Shown one piece after another: positions 1 through 12,042 of a stretch of DNA of 64,000 nt. The DNA comes from Antedon mediterranea (taxonomy: Eukaryota > Animalia > Echinodermata), in contig NC_092679.1 in assembly GCF_964355755.1 (NCBI RefSeq), forward strand, positions 24,349,432 through 24,413,431. The letters run 5' to 3'. The position numbers and the translations under genes were made by a program. Below the pieces are notes generated by a model. It was not told the origin of the DNA, did no database searches, and was given only the letters and a program-made list of their open reading frames with translations. Within the stretch, counting starts at the first letter, position 1. Each line of letters starts with the position of its first letter.

Positions 1-146
1 TATTATAAGAAAACTTCATAAAAAGTGAGGCAAGCCATTATGGAAAATGGCAAGAAAAGACGATGGTGAGTAGAGCCATGGGTTCACTGTAGTAGTTCAT
101 AGGGTTCGGTGAGGTAATTTGTCAGACCGCAATTAAATCCAAATAC

Positions 147-609
147 CATTTCGCCAGCTTCTTCCAAGCCTCGTTCCACATCTCTTATCAACTGTTTCTT
201 CTCTTCTACAATTTTAAACAAATGAATTAATTAATATGGTATTGACTGTTCAGTGTTGTTGAAAAAAGTAACTATTTTAAAAACATTTCAATTTTCCTTA
301 ACATAACTTATAAGGCAAGAGAGATTTCTCTACAGATGGCAAATAATACACACAAACAGACACCATAGCCTCCTAGGCCTACCTAGCTACTGTAGGCCTA
401 CACTAGCAATCTAGGTCTAGCCCTAGCCTCCTAGCTAGCTAGCTCTGGCCTTTTCTGCCAATGAATCACCACAGCTGATCTTGGTTTGGCTGGATTCCGT
501 TTGGCTTACCCCCTGAACACCGTGAAATACGGTTGTCTATTTTTTTTTTTAAATCGTCAAATAATATGTTGTAGTCTTCCTGCAAGTTTTCAAACTTTTC
601 CGACGACAT
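147..609 (-). CDS. VTI1B: Vesicle transport v-SNARE VTI1B, first two coding exons (gene continues beyond window start)
   Basis: Exons 609-510 and 205-147 with GT-AG junctions translate MSSEKFENLQEDYNILFDDLKKKIDNRISRCSGEEKKQLIRDVERGLEEAGEM, matching the VTI1B N-terminal pattern (SSE.FE.L ... GEEKKKLIRD). Confidence 0.85.
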
Positions 610-1244
610 GTTTGTAGATTTTACTTGAAATTTAGTCGCTTTATTTATCTATTTTTACGGTAGAAATCATTTGAATGGGAAAAATGTTAAAAAGGACCTC
701 ATCATATGATATTTCTGTGTCACCAAAAGGTTAAACTGCAATCATTCAAGCGTATTACATAAACTCGAGCGGCGTGAAAATTTCACCGGTTGGTGGTGTC
801 GTGGTGCACATTTTGTCCTAAAATTGACGACTTTGTTTTGTATTTTACTTTATCATTTGATTTGTAATAATGTAAGTGGCCTAGGATAGCAGTATACCTT
901 GTCTACCCCGTGGCTATATAGTGTCATCTTACATTTTACTAGTCCTAAAGCTAGGCCTAGGTAGGCCTCTAGTTCTAGCTAGGCCTAGCTAGCTATAGGC
1001 TATATAGGCCCTGCCTAGTGTAGCTGTAGGCCTAGGCCCTAGGCCTAGTGTAGGCCTACCTAGTAATAGTAGAGACTTATTTTGCTCTAGACATGGAGGT
1101 ACCTCTATGCTCTAGCCAAGCTCAGAGGAGATATCTATTTTGTCTGCCTCTCTATTGAACTTTAACCTTGTTTTCTAATATATGACATGCAATTCATGCC
1201 TCTACTTCTTAAATCTAAACTCATAATTCCAATTCACAGACAGT

Positions 1245-4200
1245 ATGCTGTCCAGAAGTGCATTCTTAAAGTCGACAGGCTTCATTCACAGATTACCAAG
1301 ATCATTGTATCATGCAAAAACTGGCATTTATGGATATAAACCAGCAGCACAGCAGACTCTACAAGAATTTAAAGGTATTCTTTTGTTTTGACCATATGTA
1401 CACCTCAAATGAGAATGCTCCAAAGGCTTTTCAAAATCCCGACTCGCCCTTTTCCTCTCGCCGTGTAAATGTTAGAAAATACAATTGCTTTGCTTATTAT
1501 GATACATTTAAATTATTTACCATTTTTTTTAAGTACAAGATATTTAAATTATAATTTTGCATTTTCGTTAACAGTGGACAGAGAAGTTTTGTCGAAAAGG
1601 ATTGAGAATGCAGCACTATCACAGTTGGTAGAAGCCTATCGAAGCCATGGCCATAAAAAGGCTAAAATTGATCCTCTAGGATTGCAAGTACCTAGGTACA
1701 GTATATAACTATGTTATCGTCAATCAAATTGAAGCACAATTTGGTTATTTTGTTATTCATTGTTTTTCTTTTTTTAATATTTTGAATGAAACCTCACTGC
1801 TTTCACTCCTTTTATTATTTCTGTTTATACAATTCCACCTCCACCTGTCATATTAAATTTGAAAATGACACCCATGTCAGATTGTTCAAGAAACTATTGA
1901 TACCAACCTATTGATACCAACTATTGATACCAACTATTGATACTAAACTATTGATACCAACCTATTGTGGAGAGAATTATAAATGATCTATGTGTTTCTA
2001 TTCTGTATCTAGCTTACAATACCTGGATAAACCAACATTAGCCATTCTGTCTCAGAATAAGAATAATGCACTATTTACTTTTTATTAGATAAGCTATTAC
2101 AACAAGAATTTACATATTGACATGCAAACATTTAAATTTGTATGTGTATTTTTTAGTCCAACACCAGAATTAAATCCTGAATTGTATGGCCTTTGCAGTA
2201 CAAGCAAGTTTGACTTAAGTGGTAAGTAAATTGTATGGCCTTTGCAGTACAAGCAAGTTTGACTTAAGTGGTAAGTAAGTATTACTGTAAGAACCTCAGG
2301 AGGCATATTATGGCTGTTCTATATAAAACTGCTGGTGTGGTACATAACTGTGTGTAACTTTAGTAAACTTACAATTCTATACAATATAAAAGGTGAAAAA
2401 AATAAATAGTTTCGGTACTTGGTATTATTACATTACAATGCATGTTTGTTTTTGTTTAGGTATTTTAAACACAGCTGATAAAGGTAGCAAGTCCCTAGAT
2501 GAAGTTATAAGTGCTTTGGAGTCCATATACTGTGGAGCAACATCAGCAGAATGTTCCCATCTTGAGGTAAAGTATGTAACAAAAAATTTGATGTTCCCAT
2601 ATATATGGATATGATGATGTCATATCACTACCATATTTGAGCACATCACTACCATATTTGGTTGCATCACACTTTTTTTGTCAAACTAGTTGATAGTGTA
2701 GACAGAGATTTAGAGCGAATTCCTAATAAATAACTAATAGGTTAAATTTACTGAAAGATATATTTCCAAATATTGATTTAAAATGGATTTTGAGGTTGAT
2801 ATGATAATTGGGAAAAGGTGGTACATAATAGATGATTTTGTGTCTTATTTTAACCTTCACAGACATTAGAGGAAAGAGAATGGTTTGCTCAGAAGTTTGA
2901 AGAAAGCAGAAGCTGGCAGTTAACTGACAGTGAGAAGATAGAAATAGCTAAGGTTATAGCAAAATCACAGGTATAAAAAATAAGTATAGTAAAAATGTTT
3001 TACTGAATTTCTTTCATTGAGTTTGTAAAAAGTTAAAGCACTCCTTTCTGCACCTAAAACAGCAAATTGCTAATAGAAGGCCAGACTGTCCCAAGTGTTA
3101 TTGTAATTTAAAATTTTAAAGTTATATGTTATAAAAGATATAAAATGATAAGATCATTCATATTTTGATAATTTTTACAAGAACTAATTTGTCTTTTTCA
3201 GTCATTTGATAATTTCTTAGCCACTAAATTCACTACCTTAAAAAGATACAGCGGGGAAGGAGCCGAAAGCATGATTGCATTTTTTAACGAGCTATTCAAA
3301 CTGTCCTCAAACTGTAAGTACCATTTTAAATCGTTCATCATTAAAGGGACAGCTAAGTGTGATCTTACTAATGTGGGTGCATTAAAACATATTGTGTTAT
3401 TGTTCCTTGTTAATTTATAAAGTTTCCCCTTAATAGAGGTTTCCCAAAGGATGGATTCTACTGCCTATCTACCATTGTATACATACAGAAAAATTGGAGA
3501 AAATACCGTACTCATTTTATTCTCAATCATAAAGCTTTCATCTATGATTCTACAGTATTCTTTGCTATTTTTGACATTTCTTTCAAATTGCTTGTTTGCA
3601 TTGGTTTAGCAAATATAGAACAAGTAATGATTGCAATTGCTCATAGAGGGCGCCTTAATCTATTGAGCGGTCTGCTCGACTATCCAAAAGCACTGATGTT
3701 CAGAAAAATGCGAGGTAAAACAGAGTACCCAGAATCAGCCCCTTCTACGGGAGATGTTGTTTCACATTTGTGTAAGTACAGTACTATTACTATGCTACTC
3801 TCTATTTTTTTGTATATCTTGCATTTTAAATATCTTTTTGTCCATGTTTGTAGGGCTAAGCTAATGAAATTAGGAAGTATAAACTCCTGTACACTGCTGC
3901 ATACTCCATGTCTCAAGCTGGCAATTAGCAGTCATAGAAATCTTTATAGTATTTGATGCATAGAAAACAATAACTCTGGTGCAGTTTTTGTACTGCACTG
4001 GAATTTGTACTGGATCATTACATTTGTTAATACAGTAGGTAGTAAGAGAATATTAAACATGCAAATACTGTATTCAGGACAAAATAGTTAAATTTTACTT
4101 TATTAAGTTACTGGTTACTCAGTACTACAGTTGTTTTCTATTTCTTTTATAAACAGATCAATCAGTTGATTTACAGTATGAAGGGAAATCATTACATGTC

Positions 4201-7200
4201 AGTCTAATACCAAATCCATCCCATCTTGAGGTAAAGAATTTGTTTTTTCCTTCTTTCTTCTTTTCTTTTTCTTTTCTTTATTTAAATTGTATTTACGTAC
4301 AGATTTAATAGCATGGTAAATTTCCGACCGATTCTGTTTTGTATATTCTCTTTAGTATATTTTGGAAAATTACTTGCTCCATGGTGTTAGATTTTGGTGG
4401 AATCAGCGCTATATAAGAACTTGTATATTATTATTAGCCCAGATACAGTAGGAAGAATCTTGTTACTTGGTATTTCAGATTTTCCAGCTCTTGTTCTGTA
4501 TTGATTGTTTTATTCTGGTTTAGGCTAATGTACCTGTGGTGATTGGAAAAGTAAGAGGGAGGCAGCAAACACTAGCAGAAGGTGATTACTCAGCCAGTGA
4601 ACAGGAATCAATTGTAGGGCAGAAGGTACTATGTGTACAAGTCCATGGGGATGCTGCAATTTCAGCCCAGGTAAATATTATTTCTGGCATTTAAGCAGCT
4701 CTCTCTGCTCTGTTACATGAAAATGATAGCAACAAAAGGCCCAACTAACTGTATTATTACTACTGTACTAAATTTTCATAAAAATAAATAATCATGTTCT
4801 CTTGCTTCAGGGTGTTATTCAAGAATCTTTAGGATTATGGAACCTCCCCCATTTCAGAGTGGGTGGATCCATTCATCTAGTCATTAATAACCAGTTGGGT
4901 TTTACCACACCTGCAGAACAGGGGAGGTCATCATTATACAGCACAGATATTGCCAAAAGTAATGGTTTTCCTATTTTACATGTCAATGGTGACCATCCTG
5001 AGGTAAAATATTTGATTTTGATTGAATAGATTAATTGTTGGAGTGAAATAAATGCTTACTAACTGCTAATTAATGCTTTATTTTCAGGAAGTTGTAAAAG
5101 CACTTCGTCTTGCTATGAGCTACAGACAAACATTTGGTAAAGATGTATTTGTTGATTTGATCTGCTTCAGACGCTGGGGGCATAATGAATTAGATGACCC
5201 ATCTTTTACCAATCCAGGCTTGTATTCCATTATAGGATCTAAGCCAAGTGTACCAGACTCTTATGTGCAAAAACTGTCTGTAAGTATTGTATAGATTGGC
5301 TGTTGAATATTGTAGCAACTTTCCTATACCATTAAAAGCATACATGTACTTTACCTGTAGGGCCTTAAATATTATAATTTAATTTCTTTACTCACAAATT
5401 CTTTCTCAAAACTATATATTTGCAATACAATTTGTTTTTTTCAGGAAGAAGGCATTCTAGATAAAGAAACTATTTCCAAAGAAGTATCCACATATTATGA
5501 AGCATTAAACTACTCACTTAAAGAGGCAGACACGCATGAACCTAAACAGTTCCACCTACAAGCTCACTGGAAAGACTTGGTTGATGCGCCATCACATATA
5601 TCCACCTGGGATACAGGTGATAATATTTAATCTTGAGATGAAGGTGATAGTTTTCAATCCCAAGATAAATCTGACAATATTTAATCTTGAAATAAAGATG
5701 ATAATCTTTTAAATCCCACAATAATAATAATGTTTAATCCGGATAATAAAGGGTTTATTTATCTTTAGAAAATATGATGTAAAATTAATAAAATCTCTTA
5801 GGGTAATACTTATTTCTGCAGCGCAAATTTGAACTGACATTATACAGTGGAAGCCCAGGCTTTTGGATCAGCGCAATGTTTACCCTCCAACATCATACAG
5901 TGGAAGCCCAGGCTTTTGGATCAGCGCAATGTTTACCCTCCAACATTATACAGTGGAAGCCCAGCCTTTTGGATCAGCGCAATGTTTACCCTCCAACATT
6001 ATACAGTGGAAGCCCAGGCTTTTGGATTAGCGCAATGTTTACCCTCCAACATTATACAGTGGAAGCCCAGGCTTTTGGATCAGCGCAATGTTTACCCTCC
6101 AACATTATACAGTGGAAGCCCAGGCTTTTGGATCAGCGCAATGTTTACCCTCCAACATTATACAATGGAAGCCCAGGCTTTTGGATCAGCGCAATGTTTA
6201 CCCTCCAACATTATACAGTGGAAGCCCAGGCTTTTGGATCAGCGCAATGTTTACCCTCCAACATTATACAGTGGAAGCCCAGGCTTTTGGATCAGCGCAA
6301 TGTTTACCCTCCAACATTATACAGTGGAAGCCCAGGCTTTTGGATCAGCGCAATGTTTACCCTCCAACATTATACAATGGAAGCCCAGGCTTTTGGATCA
6401 GCGCAATGTTTACCCTCCAACATTATACAGTGGAAGCCCAGGCTTTTGGATCAGCGCAATGTTTACCCTCCAACATTATACAGTGGAAGCCCAGGCTTTT
6501 GGATCAGCGCAATGTTTACCCTCCAACATTATACAGTGGAAGCCCAGGCTTTTGGATCAGCGCAATGTTTACCCTCCAACATTATACAGTGGAAGCCCAG
6601 GCTTTTGGATCAGCGCAATGTTTACCCTCCAACATTATACAATGGAAGCCCAGGCTTTTGGATCAGCGCAATGTTTACCCTCCAACATCATACAGTGGAA
6701 GCCCAGGCTTTTGGATCAGCGCAATGTTTACCCTCCAACATTATACAGTGGAAGCCCAGGCTTTTGGATCAGCGCAATGTTTACCCTCCAACATTATACA
6801 GTGGAAGCCCAGGCTTTTGGATCAGCGCAATGTTTACCCTCCAACATTATACAGTGGAAGCCCAGGCTTTTGGATCAGCGCAATGTTTACCCTCCAACAT
6901 TATACAATGGAAGCCCAGGCTTTTGGATCAGCGCAATGTTTACCCTCCAACATTATACAGTGGAAGCCCAGGCTTTTGGATCAGCGCAATGTTTACCCTC
7001 CAACATTATACAATGGAAGCCCAGGCTTTTGGATCAGCGCAATGTTTACCCTCCAACATCATACAGTGGAAGCCCAGGCTTTTGGATCAGCGCAATGTTT
7101 ACCCTCCAACATTATACAGTGGAAGCCCAGCCTTTTGGATCAGCGCAATGTTTACCCTTCAACATTATACAGTGGAAGCCCAGGCTTTTGGATCAGCGCA

Positions 7201-10200
7201 ATGTTTACCCTCCAACATTATACAGTGGAAGCCCAGGCTTTTGGATCAGCGCAATGTTTACCCTCCAACATTATACAATGGAAGCCCAGGCTTTTGGATC
7301 AGCGCAATGTTTACCCTCCAACATTATACAGTGGAAGCCCAGGCTTTTGGATCAGCGCAATGTTTACCCTCCAACATTATACAGTGGAAGCCCAGGCTTT
7401 TGGATCAGCGCAATGTTTACCCTCCAACATTATACAATGGAAGCCCAGGCTTTTGGATCAGCGCAATGTTTACCCTCCAACATTATACAGTGGAAGCCCA
7501 GACTTTTGGATCAGCGCAATGTTTACCCTCCAACATTATACAATGGAAGCCCAGGCTTTTGGATCAGCGCAATGTTTACCCTCCAACATTATACAGTGGA
7601 AGCCCAGGCTTTTGGATCAGCGCAATATTTACCCTCCAACATTATACAGTGGAAGCCCAGGCTTTTGGATCAGCGCAATGTTTACCCTCCAACATCATAC
7701 AGTGGAAGCCCAGGCTTTTGGATCAGCGCAATGTTTACCCTCCAACATTATACAGTGGAAGCCCAGGCTTTTGGATCAGCGCAATGTTTACCCTCCAACA
7801 TTATACAGTGGAAGCCCAGGCTTTTGGATCAGCGCAATGTTTACCCTCCAACATTATACAGTGGAAGCCCAGGCTTTTGGATCAGCGCAATGTTTACCCT
7901 CCAACATTATACAATGGAAGCCCAGGCTTTTGGATCAGCGCAATGTTTACCCTCCAACATTATACAGTGGAAGCCCAGGCTTTTGGATCAGCGCAATGTT
8001 TACCCTCCAAAAAATGTAGACTCTTTTCTGTTTGTGTTGGTCACTGATTTTGCAGCTTCTTCCAGAAATAATACTAAATTTATAAAAAAAAAATAAATCT
8101 TATAATGATTCTTGTGTTAAATGAAATGATATTTATTTCCCATAGAAAATTAATTTTTGTAGGTTGTTAAATGAAATATGAAATATCCACTTTAGTATAA
8201 TATTGTATGTTTATTTTTGTAGGCGTGGATCAAGAACTGTTAAGGTTTATTGCTGCCAAGTCTGTTCAAGTTCCTGAAGACTTTGTAAGTACCGTACTGA
8301 AATAGACCAGTGGTTGGTCTGTAATCTCTTCACCGTTACTCAAAAATATGTTTTTGATACAAGTAAAAATGCACTGGCATTAGATATTAATAAAGCTTTC
8401 TCAACATTAATTTTCATTCCTTTTTAGAAAGTTCATTCAACTTTGCTAAAAAGTCATATAGGGTCACGTCTGAAGAAACTAGAGGAAGGTGCTGGTGTGG
8501 ACTGGGCTACCTCTGAGGCAATGGCCATAGGCTCATTGATGACCCAAGGATTTAATGTCCGTCTATGTGGTCAAGATGTAGGACGAGGCACCTTCAGTCA
8601 TCGCCATGCAATGTTGGTTGACCAAAATACTGACCAACTTCATGTACCATTGAATTGTATATATAGTGATCAAAAACACTTTTTAGAGGTGAGAACATTC
8701 ATTTATAACTTTGTTGTATTTTTATTTACCATTTAGAAAGGTAAACTGTGATTAAATTAGACTTTAAATAGGTTATTTGGTAGTTTTAATAAATTTAATC
8801 ACTTCCGTAGACAAAAAATGTGTGTGATGTGGCCAAATAAAATTCATTCATGTCCATATATAGGCACATCACTCTTTTTTACGTCACATAAAGTTTGATA
8901 GTGTGGACAGAGAGTGTGGAATTTTTCTTTTTCTGCAGGTTGCCAATAGTCCCTTGTCAGAGGAAGCTGTGCTTGCATTTGAGTATGGAATGAGCATTGA
9001 AAACCCTCAGTCACTAATAGTATGGGAAGCACAGTTTGGTGATTTTTACAATGGAGCCCAGATAATGATTGATACATATGTAACATCAGGTGAAGGTAAG
9101 ATGTACAATTGATACATATGTAACATCAGGTGAAGGTAAGATGTACAATTGATACATATGTAACATCAGGTGAAGGTAAGATGTACAATTGATACATATG
9201 TAACATCAGGTGAAGGTAAGATGTACAATTGATACATATGTAACATCAGGTGAAGGTAAGATGTACAATTGATACATATGTAACATCAGGTGAAGGTAAG
9301 ATGTACGATTGATACATATGTAACATCAGGTGAAGGTAAGATGTACAATTGATACATATGTAACATCAGGTGAAGGTAAGATGTACAATTGATACATATG
9401 TAACATCAGGTGAAGGTAAGATGTACAATTGATACATATGTAACATCAGGTGAAGGTAAGATGTACAATTGATACATATGTAACATCAGGTGAAGGTAAG
9501 ATGTACAATTGATACATATGTAACATCAGGTGAAGGTAAGATGTACAATTGATACATATGTAACATCAGGTGAAGGTAAGATGTACAAGTATATTTGTTT
9601 AAAGCAAATTATGATTTAGTTTTATGTTTCAAAATTGGCACCATTTTGAAATCTAAGATTACGTTACGTGCCCCACAAATAGATACATTTGATATAACTC
9701 CAGAGGCATATTATTGAAAAAATAACAATGCTGTTGGTATCAGTGGCTAGATCTCAATGGGATACAAAAAATTAAAAGCAAAAAGCTAAATCAAAATGAT
9801 AAAATAGCCAGACAAAATTGCAAAGCTTTCGGGCAGCACAAGCCCTTCATCAGTGAAAGATATAATATAAATACATAGTATCTGTAATAACTTTTCACAT
9901 TTGTAGTGAAGTGGCTGTTGCAGAGTGGCTTAGTAATGATGCTTCCACATGGATATGATGGTGCTGGTCCTGAACATTCATCATGCCATATGGAAAGATT
10001 TTTACAGTCATGTGACAGCAAAGAAGATGGAATAGATGGTGATAACGTCAATATCCAACTTGCTCATCCTACTACGCCAGCTCAGTACTTCCATCTTCTC
10101 AGGCGACAGGTAACGGAGTGCTTTATAAATAGATTTGTATATACAAACTAAGCCAAGTGAAAAAATATGGTAAACATCGTAAATACTGCCTGTTGCACGC

Positions 10201-12042
10201 ACGATATTCGATATCAACTGGTTTCAATACCAGATTTGTTTAAAATAACATTCACTTCTTTGCATGTTTCTTTTCATACAGACCTTTTTCTCCCCCATTC
10301 ATAATTTTATTATACAATTTTCATTTTCCGTTTTTTCTCAGATGATAAGGAACTTTAGGAAGCCTTTAATTATAGCTTCTCCAAAAGTGTTACTTAGACT
10401 CCCAGCAGCCACTTCAAGTTTAAGTGAAATGGCACCAGGAACAAGCTTTCAGCCTGTAATCGGAGACCAGCAAGCAGACCCAAATAAGTAAGACAATTTT
10501 ACTCTTTGTTACTTTTCTTGTTGTCTATAGTGCTGTATCTTCTGTTCAAAAAAGTACACTCTGTGGCGCTTTCTTGCCAAGTATTTTGCATCAAAGTGCT
10601 TGGCTGATTTAATTTTTACATAAATTGTTTGTTTCTATAGAGTGGATAAGGTGATTGTTTGCTGCGGCAAGCATTATTATACATTGGTGAATGAGAGGCA
10701 GCGATTACAAGCTGATAATATAGCTATAGTACGAATTGAACAGCTTTGTCCATTTCCAGCTGAAGAAATTCAATTAAATCTATCTAAATTCAAAATTGCC
10801 AAAAGTAAGTGTGTTGTTTTTGTATTACCATTTTATATTCTATATGGTTGTGGTTTTAGGTGATACTATTTAGGTATACTTGTCCCCTAAGGTCTTTACT
10901 TACTCATGTTGATGCTGTACAGTTTTAGTTGAGTAACTTAGATTAAATATATGACACAAATATTACTTTGCTTGACCAATAAGAACAAGAAACTGGCAAA
11001 TAAGGACTCGGTTCTTGCCAACTTTAGTGGGTCTGTAAAGCTAAATCATTTAGTAATTACTTCCAATCAGGATATACTCGAAAATATCTTACTTACTTGT
11101 ATACTAAATTTAAACCAACTTACTAATGTAACGTAGGCCTGACCAAACAGTATTTATGTTATGCTATAAATATACTACTATTGCAATGCATTACAGAGTT
11201 TGTTTGGAGTCAAGAAGAACATCAAAACATGGGGGCGTGGTTCTTTGTGGCACCTAGATTTGCTAATCTTGTTGGTTGCAATGTGAGTATTACAGTATCT
11301 ATGTTAATAGGGATAACAACAAATAAATAGATAAACAAGAAATATATTTTGAAAGAATTTCATTTAGCTTCGATTTTGTATAGATGACAAATTTCGTTTT
11401 TGTAAAAGCACAAGTTAACGGAGTACTTACTCGAACGTTTCGATCTCTATCAGAGATCCTTCTCAACTGACTGCGGAGTGTTAATGCAGCTTGGTCATTC
11501 TTGACGTCATCTCGCATTTGTACAATGATTTGATAGACACATCACCTGGCCGAGCCCCGCACAACCTCCAACCTACAACCGGAGGCGTACAACGTCATCA
11601 ACAGATGACGTCAAGAATGACCAAGCTGCATTAACACTCCGCAGTCAGTTGAGAAGGATCTCTGATAGAGATCGAAACGTTCGAGTAAGTACTCCGTTAA
11701 CTTGTGCTTTTACAAAAACGAAATTTGTCATCTATAAGAAATATATTAATTACAATTAACATATAATGTATTTGTTGTGCATTAATTTATAACAAGTGGC
11801 CATATGATGATGTCATATCATTATCATATAAGCATATCACTACCATATTTGGGCACATCACACTTTTTTCTGTCACATAAAGTTTGATAGTGTAGACAAA
11901 GCTTTAAACTGTTCGTAAATATGTTTTCTATCTTCAGCTTACATATGCGGGAAGGCAGAATTTAGGAACACCAGCTGTAGGTGTCGGCCAAATACATCAA
12001 GCTGAAGTTAAAATGATAATGGAAAATACATTTAGCTTTTAG
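1245..12042 (+). CDS. DHTKD1: 2-oxoadipate dehydrogenase E1 component, mitochondrial (20 coding exons)
   Basis: Phase-consistent exons 1245-1374, 1575-1695, 2157-2221, 2460-2566, 2863-2970, 3202-3313, 3610-3771, 4157-4230, 4524-4670, 4811-5002, 5088-5279, 5445-5616, 8223-8284, 8428-8688, 8939-9095, 9907-10109, 10342-10487, 10641-10804, 11197-11282, 11938-12042. Motifs: [92 protein letters not shown]. Confidence 0.96.
2181..2278 (+). repeat. 49-bp direct duplication spanning the 3' end of DHTKD1 coding exon 3 and its splice donor
   Basis: attgtatggcctttgcagtacaagcaagtttgacttaagtg|gtaagtaa occurs at 2181-2229 and again at 2230-2278. Confidence 0.95.
5837..8009 (+). repeat. 53-bp minisatellite, 41 copies, in a DHTKD1 intron
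   Basis: Unit acattatacagtggaagcccaggcttttggatcagcgcaatgtttaccctcca; 2173 bp = 41 x 53. It generates the 749/723/643-aa ORFs with 53-aa periodicity. Confidence 0.98.
9068..9588 (+). repeat. 40-bp tandem array (13 copies) built from the exon end plus 5' splice site of DHTKD1 exon 8939-9095
   Basis: Unit attgatacatatgtaacatcaggtgaag|gtaagatgtaca; the first copy is the genuine exon-intron junction. Confidence 0.97.
9818..9858 (-). ncRNA. Minimal type I hammerhead ribozyme motif (Penelope-like retroelement remnant)
   Basis: Minus strand reads UUUCA-CUGAUGA-A-GGGC-UUGUGCU-GCCC-GAAA-GC-UU-UGCAA: intact core boxes, 4-bp stem II, palindromic AAGCUU stem III, stem I with 4 of 5 pairs. Confidence 0.7.
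11349..11735 (-). mobile_element. Truncated Penelope-like element: perfect 134-bp inverted repeat, 30-nt one-sided tail, 12-bp TSD
   Basis: Arms 11379-11512 and 11603-11736 are reverse complements; TSD aagaaatatatt at 11337-11348 and 11736-11747; extra tail 11349-11378 on one side only; each arm has TTGAGAA-G-GATCTCT-GAT-AGAGATC-GAAACGTT (hammerhead-like). Confidence 0.75.

Noticed and set aside
1899-1967. 13-14-bp ctattgatacca repeat, 5 copies
   Set aside because: Ordinary short intronic tandem repeat.
5847-8096. 749/723/643-aa ORFs
   Set aside because: Translations of a 53-bp intronic minisatellite; DHTKD1 splices cleanly across it (5616^8223).
5837-9588. CRISPR-like appearance of the regular repeat arrays
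   Set aside because: Units are head-to-tail with no unique spacers, no cas genes, and the context is eukaryotic.
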